Shown here: positions 1 to 9,700 of the stretch, in pieces
Position numbering within the stretch: position 1 is the first letter of the stretch
Layout of the letters: each line of letters starts with the position of its first letter
Origin: Chitinophagales bacterium
GTDB lineage: Bacteria; Bacteroidota; Bacteroidia; Chitinophagales; CAIOSU01
Assembly (NCBI GenBank): GCA_040877935.1
Contig: JBBDNB010000045.1
Span: 4,536-68,535, forward strand
Length of the DNA stretch: 64,000 bases
Direction of reading: 5' to 3'
Program-made: the position numbers and the translations under genes
Notes under the pieces: generated by a model
Database searches by the model: none
The model's input: the letters and a program-made list of their open reading frames with translations, nothing else
Told to the model about the DNA's origin: nothing

Positions 1-16
1 TAGTTTGTGGGTGTTA

Positions 17-403
17 TCAATTAATGAATATGAGGAATAAATACCCGATTTCAGTTAGTGTTAGAAGTACAGCACTTAAAATTATATAAAAATTGTACTC
101 ATTCATTTTTGATAATGAGCTTAAATCTTCTTTTTCCCAATTTTCTAATTTATAATATGCTGCTCCCAATATTCTTAAACCATAAAGTTGATAAATTAGA
201 ATTAATAATACTGTACAAAAGGGAAGAATGTTCAATATTTTGACGTCAAAGGATTTTATATCTAATTGAAATAAAACTAAATATGTAGCGCTCAATAATG
301 TATTTAAGTTGAATAGTTTATCAAGTAAGCTTTTCCTTAGTTCATCACCTTCCTTCATTATAGAGTCTTGTAATTTATTTTTTTCAAGTTCTTTATTTTT
401 CAT
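17..403 (-). CDS. Hypothetical membrane protein (about 3 TM), cassette-like cargo
   Basis: 128-aa ORF with three hydrophobic stretches; AAC follows the TGA stop almost directly. Confidence 0.6.
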   Translation of the reverse strand: MKNKELEKNKLQDSIMKEGDELRKSLLDKLFNLNTLLSATYLVLFQLDIKSFDVKILNILPFCTVLLILIYQLYGLRILGAAYYKLENWEKEDLSSLSKMNEYNFYIILSAVLLTLTEIGYLFLIFIN

Positions 404-639
404 TCAGTTGATTTAAAATTCAATCCTAATAATTCTTAAATTATCTACTAACTTGCACAATATAACTGAAAAGTTCAGTTTAATTTATTCCTTATTTTTC
501 AAAGAGTAGACGGTTTTTGTCAAATTATACATAATTTACTTATATGATGGCGTCACATTTATATATCACATGCCTTTTTTTAACTTAATGTATTGATAAG
601 TAAATGGTTATGGCAAGTGCGGATAATGAAAGCAGCTTC

Positions 640-757
640 TAACAATTATAAGAGGTTTTATAGCAGCATGAAGATAATTTTTTTTAATCTGAAAAAAAAC
701 TTGTTAAGTGTAGCGTGTTTTATATGTTTCCTAGTTTTGCAACTCTCCATGTCGCCC
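640..757. repeat. Degenerate ~115-bp direct repeat R1, copy 1 (copy 2 at 5231-5345)
   Basis: Shared blocks in the same order: TAACA, ATGAAGATAA (668-677/5260-5269), AACTTGTTA (698-706/5292-5300), CTCCAwGTCGC (745-755/5332-5342). Confidence 0.75.
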
Positions 758-892
758 CCTACTATATCCTTAGTCTTTAGCTGTGCGACTATGGAATCAA
801 TACTAAGAATGGTTTGTATAGATTGTGATTGTAGACTTAAATCCTTAGTCCTTATGTGCTGGACATCCTTTAGGCTAATGATAGTCGGGGGC
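754..892. repeat. Palindromic ~130-140-bp repeat R2 (attC-like), copy 1
   Basis: ATCCTTAGTC boxes at 766-775 and 841-850 with degenerate inverted partners at 801-810 and 873-882; outer GCCCCC/GGGGGC arms; aligns with 1612-1751. Confidence 0.75.
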
Positions 893-913
893 TGCCTACT
901 CAATTGTATCCTG

Positions 914-1522
914 TTACTTAAAAGTTCGATATGTTAGGAAGTTTCCACCATCCAGAATTCCAGAAAGTTCGTTTGTTCCTTCTAATGGGTTCGCTGGAAG
1001 GACTAGCCATTCATCATCTCTCTTGGCTTTTGCTTTAGATTCTTCAAACCCCTCAAATTGAGAAAGATAAGTTTGAACATCAATCAGTAAGACTTTGCAA
1101 AAATCTAAGTTCCTGAATTTTAGTAAAGTTGGGTTGTATTTTCCAGCATAAACTCCTTTGTCTAAAGGCTCTAAATTCAATTTAGGAATTTCAATTTTGA
1201 GAATCGCAAATAACCAATGCTGTTCAGGTCCATTTGAGTATATCTCTGAAAATGTATCCAGTTTTCCTTCTAATCCATTTGGTTCACAATGAATTCCAAA
1301 TCTAAATGCGGTATTTAGATCAGTTGAGAAAGATAAAAAATGAGTAGTTACCCAATCTTTGGAAACATGCTTGTCAATCAAATCAATAATTGGTTTTTCT
1401 ATCATTCGACCATCTCCACCAGTTATTAAGTTAGATTGGATTTGGTAATGGTGTAGATTGTATTTTAATCCTCTTTTCCCTTTCGGGTCACTGTCTCCTC
1501 TATATAGGTAATCTGGGATCAT
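914..1522 (-). CDS. Putative ADP-ribosyltransferase-fold (R-S-E class) protein
   Basis: N-terminal LYRGDS, central FLSFST and C-terminal RDDEWLV in the order of the R, S-x-S and E motifs. Confidence 0.55.
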   Translation of the reverse strand: MIPDYLYRGDSDPKGKRGLKYNLHHYQIQSNLITGGDGRMIEKPIIDLIDKHVSKDWVTTHFLSFSTDLNTAFRFGIHCEPNGLEGKLDTFSEIYSNGPEQHWLFAILKIEIPKLNLEPLDKGVYAGKYNPTLLKFRNLDFCKVLLIDVQTYLSQFEGFEESKAKAKRDDEWLVLPANPLEGTNELSGILDGGNFLTYRTFK

Positions 1523-1611
1523 GGTGAAAATGGGCTACAACGTTCCGGCTCGTATGTTTACATAAAGTAATAATAAAGGCTAAAATAACTAAATTGTCAT
1601 AGAATAATAGT

Positions 1612-1751
1612 AACCTCTATCCATAGTCTATAGCAAAGCATGAATGAAAATGTATGATAAGAATTGTTTAGTATAAATTTCGTTTGTAGGCTTAAAATCC
1701 TTAGTCTCTATGCGCTGCCCATCCTTCAGACTAAGGATAGTTTTGGGTGTT
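1612..1751. repeat. Palindromic repeat R2 (attC-like), copy 2
   Basis: Bounded by AAC (1612) and GTT (1749-1751); ATCCATAGTC 1619-1628, ATCCTTAGTC 1697-1706, GACTAAGGAT 1729-1738. Confidence 0.75.
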
Positions 1752-1898
1752 GGTTTTTTTATTTTGTATATCTTCCCAACAATTTGAAAATAAGTAGATG
1801 TTCGTTCTATATTGTTGAAGAAAATATCAGCATGTTGATTCAGTATGAAATAGTTAACTTTACATTACCTTTAATAGTGAATAAATAAAAATATTAAA

Positions 1899-3752
1899 AT
1901 GCATAAACTTCTAAAGATTTTACTCTACATTCTCGCCATGTGTAGTATGAATATATCTTATTCCCAAACAAATTTCCAGAGGACATTCGGAGGGGTTGGT
2001 GAGGATAATGGTGGGAATTGCATTCAAAAAACGGTTGATGGGAATTTTATCATAATAGGGTTAACAGCAAGTTTTGGAACTATAAATCCAAATGGTTTTA
2101 ATTTTAACAACACATATGTAATCAAGGTGAACTCAAGTGGGGATACCATTTGGACAAAATCATACGGAAGCCCTAATAATATCGATAATGATAATGGATT
2201 ATTTATAACAGAGACCTTAGACAGTGGTTTTATATCAACTGGTTACACAAGTAGTTTTGGTGCAGGAAAAAGTGACGTTTATTTAATAAAGACTAATAAC
2301 GTAGGTGATACTTTATGGACAAAGACTTATGGGGGAACTGAAGGTGATATAGGAAGTTCAGTTCATCAAACTAGAGACGGTGGATTTATAGTTTGTGGTG
2401 GCACAAGTAGTTTTGGTGCAGGAAAAAGTGACGTTTATTTAATAAAGACTAATAACGTAGGTGATACTTTATGGACTAAAACTTATGGAGGCACAGATAC
2501 AGAAAGTGGAAAGTCTTTAATTATAGATTCAGATGGAGGATTTGTTATTATTGGTAATACTTGGAGTTTTGGTACAGGTAGTTCAGATGCGCTTGTGTTA
2601 AAAACTGATTCTTTAGGAAATGTCCAATGGTCGAAAACATACGGTGGTAATTCATATGAGGAAATGTCATCTGTGTACTTAACATCTGACGGAGGATATT
2701 TATTTGCTGGTGAATCTTCAAGTTTCGGAGCTGGAAATGAAGACATATTAGTTTTCAAAACGAATTCATTAGGAAGTCTTGAATGGTCAAAAACTTATGG
2801 AAACAACGATAGCGATGGTTGTAACATTATAAAAGAAACAGATGATGGCGGAATTTTAATAGCAGGTTATTCTTATAGTTTTGGAGCAGGTAACAGAGAT
2901 GCATATTTAATTAAGACTAATAATATAGGTGATACTTTGTGGACTAAGTCATACGGTGGAACTGGGTCGGATAACGTAAATGACTTTTGCGAGATGGAAG
3001 ATGGCAGATTTCTAGTATTAGGAGAAGCTAGTTTTTTTGGATTAGGCTCAACAGATGTTTATTTATTCAGTATAGACTCATTAGGAAACAGTTCATGTAA
3101 TCAAAGTTATGGTACTACTATAGTAGGAACACCTAATATCATTGAAAGCAACCCTAACATTAACGTTAGTTATGGTACAATTATCGGTAAAACTAATTTT
3201 GTTACAAGTACTACTAACACTCATGATAGTTTAATTTGTGAGGACTGCACTAAACCAATTGCGAACTTTGATTTTGATTTAAATAACTATGACTTAATTG
3301 TATTTGACTCATCACAAAATGTTAGTTTAAGATTATGGGATTTCGGAGATTCCAGCTCAAGTAATCAATATTCTCCGACACATATATATACCGACACAGG
3401 TTCTTATAAGGTTTGTTTAACCGTTTATAATGATTGCGGAATAGATTCTACTTGTAGAATTATAGAGGTAGAAAACATACCGACTCATATTGACAGAAAA
3501 AACTACTTATAAAATATTGATATATACCCTAACCCATTCTACATATCTACCAAAATTCACTACAACAATCCAAATGGGTTACCTTATGATCTATTAATTT
3601 ATAACATCCATGGTGAAACCATAAAAACCATTAGAAATATAAAATCTAATGTTATTTCTTTAAATAGAGAGGGATTAAGTTCTGGAATTTACCTAATAGT
3701 GATAAAAAATTCAGACGAAATTGCATTCAAGTCTAAACTTGTAGTTAAATAA
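1899..3752 (+). pseudogene. T9SS type-A cargo (beta-propeller-type WxKTYGG repeats + PKD + CTD) interrupted by an in-frame TAA at 3510-3512
   Basis: Signal peptide, ~52-aa repeats, PKD (WDFGD...PTHIY); the same frame continues IDIYPNP...LSSGIYLIVI...KLVVK to TAA at 3750-3752. Confidence 0.8.
2246..2476 (+). repeat. Exact 75-bp intragenic duplication (2246-2320 = 2402-2476)
   Basis: Identical nucleotides at a 156-bp (52-codon) offset. Confidence 0.9.
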
Positions 3753-3939
3753 CTATTAAAAAAGGAAAATTAAGATTGTTGCAATTGTTGCAAAACCAAA
3801 AATACAACCAAACACCTTATACCTAAAGGGTTAAATGGTGTCATGATTACAGTTTCGCTACAAGGTTTCAAATACCAATACACATACTTTTTTGTGCAGA
3901 GCTATTACATTGCCTTAGAGCTAGTAAGCTCAGTAGTAC

Positions 3940-3989
3940 CTTAAACGGCTTGGCTATGAGCTGTAGCAGCCCATAGGGTTTTGTTGGGC
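3940..3989 (-). repeat. Short attC-like stem-loop
   Basis: On the minus strand GCCCAAC (RYYYAAC) directly follows the HNH stop; stem CTATGAGCTG/CAGCCCATAG (3954-3963/3967-3976); GTT at the far end. Confidence 0.6.
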
Positions 3990-4985
3990 TCAGTTTTCTC
4001 CTTTCGTTTGATCTTTATCTACAAAGGATTCAAAAGAAAAAGATATATTATGGTTTTCTCCTGACACTTTTTCAGAAGAAGTCAGATTTAAATTAATAAA
4101 CCGCTCTTGACCAAATTGTTCGAGGTGAGAGTTATCAATTAGAAGTGGGGCGATGGGATTGTCCACTTTGTTTCCTTGTAAATGTTCGTCAGGTTTTCCA
4201 AATGGGAGAGCAATTTGGAATTGATAGCTACTGTAATAAAATATGAGTTGATAGTATGGGATCAGTTCATTACTCAGTTCAGGTTTCCTTTTAAATAGTT
4301 GGACAAAGGGCTTATTAAACTTTGGAGGTCCTGGGATGAAATATCCGAGTATTCTCAAAACTCCAAAGTTTTCAAAACGCTTTTCTTTTTCGGTGTTCAA
4401 TAAGAACTTTCTTGTTATTTCGTAATCTTCAAGTTCTTCATCCAAGAGCATTGAGAAGCCAATCTTAATTAGTGTTTTGGTGACGTGAAGTGGTATGTAT
4501 CCCGGCCTTTTAGTTTTTAGTGTGAATGATTTGTTCTCTTTATCAAAATCGAAAACATCTGTTCCTTCTTGAAATATCATTTTGAGACCAGTCTCCGATA
4601 GCTCTATTTCCAAGCCAGTTCTAGGGTCTTTATATTTTGGAACTTTGTTCCCTTTTCCTTTTATCTGTGATACTGTTCTTGATACTCCAATGAAGTTCGC
4701 AAAAGAATCCTCGTACTTTGAAAACTGTTGATTACATTTATCACATTCGAAATAAGAAAGGAGCTTATGGCTGCCCATTAATTCAGGTATAATATGTGCA
4801 TCCATTTTGAATGTCACATCTGGTTCCTTTCGATTACAAAATCTACATATTCTGTCGTTTTTGTTGCCAAGAAAAAATTTCGATTCTGTATCTCCAAGCA
4901 TCGAAACCATGTCATACTTGCTGAAAAAATTCAAAGCTTTACCATGTTGAATTTCGTTCAAGTTTAATGTAATATTTGTTGTCAT
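3990..4985 (-). CDS. HNH endonuclease domain protein
   Basis: CRFC...DAHIIPE...ECDKCNQQFS zinc-binding HNH pattern in the N-terminal part. Confidence 0.8.
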   Translation of the reverse strand: MTTNITLNLNEIQHGKALNFFSKYDMVSMLGDTESKFFLGNKNDRICRFCNRKEPDVTFKMDAHIIPELMGSHKLLSYFECDKCNQQFSKYEDSFANFIGVSRTVSQIKGKGNKVPKYKDPRTGLEIELSETGLKMIFQEGTDVFDFDKENKSFTLKTKRPGYIPLHVTKTLIKIGFSMLLDEELEDYEITRKFLLNTEKEKRFENFGVLRILGYFIPGPPKFNKPFVQLFKRKPELSNELIPYYQLIFYYSSYQFQIALPFGKPDEHLQGNKVDNPIAPLLIDNSHLEQFGQERFINLNLTSSEKVSGENHNISFSFESFVDKDQTKGEN

Positions 4986-5011
4986 AGTTTTCGATTAGAA
5001 AGTAATTTAGT

Positions 5012-5135
5012 CCTACGGTTTGCATATGGCTTGTAGCGGTTTCGAAGCACGTTCCTGCCCAACGAAACCAAAGCTGATTACGGAGCGAAAACCTTGAGGG
5101 CAAAAGCTCACCCGGTATAAGCTATATGGTGTATA
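5012..5135. repeat. Long attC-like imperfect stem-loop
   Basis: Arms 5023-5039 and 5112-5128 pair at 14/17 positions; 5014-5037 is 17/24 identical to 3944-3967. Confidence 0.65.
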
Positions 5136-5167
5136 AACAATACATACGTTTATACACCATATAGCTT
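5119..5167. repeat. Perfect 20-bp inverted repeat with 9-nt loop
   Basis: AAGCTATATGGTGTATAAAC (5119-5138) / GTTTATACACCATATAGCTT (5148-5167). Confidence 0.95.
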
Positions 5168-5230
5168 TAGTTTAACTAAGATTTTGAAATTCAATTGTTT
5201 ATGTTGATTACAATTGGTCAAAATTACTTT

Positions 5231-5345
5231 TAACATTTGTCAGAGATTTTTTCAGAAGTATGAAGATAAGTTTTTTTAAATTTGAAAAGCTAACTTGTTA
5301 TGTATAGGGTCTTTTATTTTTTTTCACAACCCTCCAAGTCGCTCC
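5231..5345. repeat. Degenerate direct repeat R1, copy 2, at the island/core boundary
   Basis: Aligns with 640-757; ends ~30 bp before the TolC-family stop codon. Confidence 0.75.
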
Positions 5346-5373
5346 AAATCCAATCAAGTAAGTTCGTCTACCC

Positions 5374-6741
5374 TCACTCAACCTCCCCCAAAATCACACC
5401 GCTCAACCTCAACAATTCAGTTTCGGCTTCCAGGGCATTGTAGAGGGCTTCCAGGTTATTGCTGGCAATGCGCAGATAATCGGTCTGGATATTGCGGAAA
5501 TCCAGCGAATTGATGCTGCCGTTTTTAAGCCGTTCCTCCGCCATTTGCAGGTTGAGCGCAGCCGATTGTTCATTTAGGGCAGTAACGGCCAACATGGTTT
5601 TTTGTGTAGCATAGAGCTTCAGTGCCTTTTCAATATTCACGTTCATTTCCTGCTCCATTTCATCCACCTGAATTTCGGCAATGCGCTCCTGTACTTTGGT
5701 ATTTTGTATGGCCCTGCGTACTTGCAGATTATTAAAAATATTAAAGCTCAGCGTAAAATTGGCATAATAATTCAGCGTACTGCCCGATGAATTGATGGTG
5801 GTGGTCTCCCCCTGCGGTATGGTCGGATCGCGCAGGTAGGCGGGAAACTGATCGGTATAAAAATAATTCTTGTTGTAAGAAACGCCCCCGTTCATATTCA
5901 AGCTGGGCGATTGCGCCCTTTTGGCCAGTGCCAGTTCTTTCTGGAAAATCTGTGCATTGATGTATTGATTGCGCAGCGTTTTGTTGTTGTTTTTCAATTG
6001 CGATTTCAGCAAATCCAGCTCATATTCCCGCCCCTGAAATTGCAGGGAATCGCTCAGCGTAAATTCCGCTTCCTCCTCTTCGGCCATAATCAATTTGAGC
6101 TGCAAGAGGCTATTGTCATAAGCCACTTTTTGCGAGAGATAATTGGCAGAATCGCTCAAAAAAGCCGTTTGGAATTGCAGCGCATCAAAGGAAGTGGAAG
6201 CGCCCAGTTCTTTGCTTTCCTCGGCATAGCGGTAGCGATCTTTGGACAATTGTAGCACAGACTTCTGAACTTCCAGCTTTTCCTTTTGCAGCAATGCCTG
6301 ATAATAAGCCAGCAACACCGCCTGGACGGTATTTTCCACCACTATGGCAGCATTGCCCTCGCTTTGTTGATGCAGCAATGCCAGTCTATCCTTTTCGGCA
6401 TACACGCGCAAGCCATTAAACAAAGTCCAGTTCAGTTCTACCTGTCCGCCCACATTGGTGGTTCGGGTCGGGAAATTCTGAAAGGGATTGATGGGGTTAT
6501 TGGGCTCGGAATAATTGATACCGCCACTGCCCCCTGCGCTCAGCGAAGGAAACATGCCCGTTGCCAGCCAGGAGTTGTTGCGGTCGGTAATTTCCGTCTG
6601 CGCCTGCACGATATTGATTTGGTAATTGTTTTGCAGGGCGCGCTGAATGGCATCTGCAAGCGTCAGGTTTTCCTGGGCAAAACCCGGAAAATACCAGAAT
6701 AAGAAAATTCCCAAAAAGAGGCGTTTACAATTCCAATTCAT
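5374..6741 (-). CDS. TolC-family outer membrane efflux protein
   Basis: Signal peptide, LTLADAIQRALQNN, LNWTLFNG; last gene of the RND operon. Confidence 0.9.
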   Translation of the reverse strand: MNWNCKRLFLGIFLFWYFPGFAQENLTLADAIQRALQNNYQINIVQAQTEITDRNNSWLATGMFPSLSAGGSGGINYSEPNNPINPFQNFPTRTTNVGGQVELNWTLFNGLRVYAEKDRLALLHQQSEGNAAIVVENTVQAVLLAYYQALLQKEKLEVQKSVLQLSKDRYRYAEESKELGASTSFDALQFQTAFLSDSANYLSQKVAYDNSLLQLKLIMAEEEEAEFTLSDSLQFQGREYELDLLKSQLKNNNKTLRNQYINAQIFQKELALAKRAQSPSLNMNGGVSYNKNYFYTDQFPAYLRDPTIPQGETTTINSSGSTLNYYANFTLSFNIFNNLQVRRAIQNTKVQERIAEIQVDEMEQEMNVNIEKALKLYATQKTMLAVTALNEQSAALNLQMAEERLKNGSINSLDFRNIQTDYLRIASNNLEALYNALEAETELLRLSGVILGEVE

Positions 6742-9700
6742 TTTCTATAAATCTTTTGCGTTCCTGCCAGGCCGGCTCCACTTCTTCGCGGCTTGGCCAT
6801 TTACCGTACCAAATGCGGTGGATAAATCTTCTAAAATCATTGATGATCATAAGAAAAGCAGGGAAATAAGTCAGGATAATAACGGTGCCAAAAAGAACAC
6901 CATAGGCTACCGAAATGGCCATTGGCACTAAAAACTGTGCCTGTGTGCTTTTTTCCAAAATCAGGGGATACAATCCCGCAATGGTGGTAATGGAAGTGAG
7001 CATTACGGCACGAAAACGCATCACTCCTGAATCAAATGCAGCTTCCCGCACTTTTGCCCCATTCCTGATCAGTGAATTAAAACGATCGAGCAGTACCACC
7101 GCATCATTGATGATTACACCGGACAACGCAATCATGCCGTAAAAGCTCAGAATGGAAACGGGTTTTTGCTCAATGCCATGTCCTAATATGGCGCAGATAA
7201 CACCAAATGGTATCAGCGAAAGAATCAGAAAAGATTGCGAAAAGGAGCGGAACACCAGCGCAATCAAAATAATGATCAGGATTAAAATGATTGGGAAAAT
7301 TTTCATCAGCGAAGCACCCATTTTACTGCTTTCCTCTTGCTGTCCTTTGAATTCATAAGTAACACTGCTAAACTGCTTTTGAATGGCGGGCATGATTTCC
7401 CCTGATATTTTCGCCAGAATATCCGGCACGGGTTTGTTGGGATTGTCCAGATCGGCAGAGACGGAAATTTCACGGCTGCCATTGAAGTGATTGATGGTAA
7501 CAATACCCCTTTCTATTTCAAAAGTCACCAGGTCTTTGAGCAGGTATTCGTTGCCGTTCAGTGTTTTGATGCGCATTTTCTCCAGCTTGTCAATGCTGCT
7601 TCGGCCTTCCTGATCGTAGCGAGTCCAAACTTTTACTTCATCGGTGCCAATTTGCAATCGCTGTACTTCATTGCCGAAAAATCCATTTCTAATCTGCTTG
7701 GTAATTTCACCATGATTCAGTCCCAGTAAATAAGCCTTGTCTTTGAGTTTTATGTGGATTTCGCGCTTGCCCAGTACATCATTGTCACTGATATCCCGCA
7801 GGTCGGGAAATTCTTCCAGTTCATTTTTCAGCATTTCCTTGGCAGCATTCAGCTCCTTGAGGTTTTTGCTGCGCAGGCTTACATTCACAGGTTTTCCAAA
7901 AATAGCCCTGGTCCCCACCAGCAGCTTTTGCGCTTCGGGAATTACACCAATTTTGTTGCGAATGGCAGAAGTGACTTCATAGGCACTTCCATTTCTCTTT
8001 TCACCATCCAGCAATTTCACATTCAGTGTTGCAGCATGTCCGCCTGTTTCACCTCCGCCACTACCAATATCTATCTTAGTGGCCAGGATCATGTCCATGC
8101 TGTCGGGCTGATCGAGCTTCATTTCCTCATTGACCTGCCATACTTTCTCTTCTATTTCCTGCAAAATTTCAAGCGTAACATTTTCACGAGTTCCCGGAGT
8201 CAAAACCAGTTCCACACTCACATCATCGCGGTCGATGGGTGGAAAAAAAGTGTTTTTGATAATGCCACCATTGAACATGCCCATTACTATGAATGCAAAA
8301 AAGAAACCGGTGGCCACTGTAATGGGGTAATAGCGGATACATATTTTCAAAAAGCGGCCATAGATTTTATGACGCAAAAAGTCCAGTGCATTGTTCAGTG
8401 CCGATCTTATTTTTCCCGGTTTTTTCTGTTCCAGTCCACCGGAATAAGCCAGGTGGCTGGGCAGGATAATCAGTGCTTCTACCAGTGAAAAACCCAAACA
8501 GGCAATGGCAACAATAGCCATTTCGGTAATAAATTCACCGAGGGTGCCGTCCAGAAAGAATATAATGGCAAAGGCAAGCATAGTAGTACTTACAGAAGCA
8601 AAGACTGGTCCGATTACTTCCACACAGCCATCTATTGCTGCTTGTACTTTGGACTTGCCTTTTTCAAAATGGGCAAAGATATTTTCAGCCACCACAATGC
8701 CATCGTCCACCAAAATACCGATCACCAAAATCATCCCGAAAAGGGAAATCATATTGATGGTGATGCCGGCCAAGGAACCGATGAAAAACATGCCCAAAAA
8801 ACAGAAAGGAATGGCAAAAGCCACCCATGCCGACAGGCGCAAGCTCAAAAACAGCCCCAGTGTGATGAGCACCATGACCAAACCAATTGTACCGTTGGTT
8901 ACCAGCAGGTTGAGCCTTTGCTTGAGAAAATCCGACTGGTCATTCATGATATAGAGTTCGTAATCCTCATTATCAGCATTGAAATCTTTCAGGTATTCTT
9001 TGATGTAATCTGAAATGGCCACGACATCTTCCTCGGCCAGTTTATTGACTTGTATAGCCACCGCATTTTTTCCGTTAAACAGGGTTTGGTTGGGCGTTTC
9101 GGAAAAGCGCAATTCCACATCTGCCAAATCTTTCAATCGAATAATGCTGCCGTCCGGGGTGCTGCGCACAATGATGTTTTCAATTTTCTCAGGGTCAATT
9201 TTTCGGGCATTGGAGCGGATCAATATTTCCTCATCACTGGTTTTTATGCTGCCACCCGATATGTCGCGATTATTCAGGGCAATGGCATTGCTGATTTCCT
9301 CAAAGCGGATTTGATAGGCCAGCAATTGTTTTTCTTTTACATTCACCGAGATTTCCAGTTCGGGAATGCCTCTTAATTCTATCTGGGAAATCAATCCTGA
9401 GGCCATGAACTCGTCCTCAATTTTTTCGGCCATTTCCTTGAGCTTGATCAGTTCCCTGTCCCCACTCAATATCAGCGAAACAGCGCGGTCGGTTCTTTTT
9501 TGCAGATAGACCACCGGCTTTTCGGCCGCATCGGGAAAGCCATTGATCTTATCAACTGCATTTTTTACCTCGGAAAGGAAATAATTGGCATCATAACCCT
9601 TTTTGGCTACTGCTGTAATGGTGGCCGTATTTTCAAAAGACCGAGAAGTGACCTCTTCCATGCCCTGGATGCCCTTGAGCGATTCCTCCACTTTGGTGGT

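Noticed and set aside
593..937. ORFs 593..937 (+) and 658..903 (-)
   Set aside because: They run across repeats R1/R2 and have no recognisable protein features
754..1751. CRISPR interpretation of the ATCCTTAGTC repeats
   Set aside because: The boxes are 10 bp, in inverted pairs and irregularly spaced; no cas genes are present
1664..1888. 74-aa ORF
   Set aside because: It overlaps repeat R2 and the upstream region of the T9SS cargo gene
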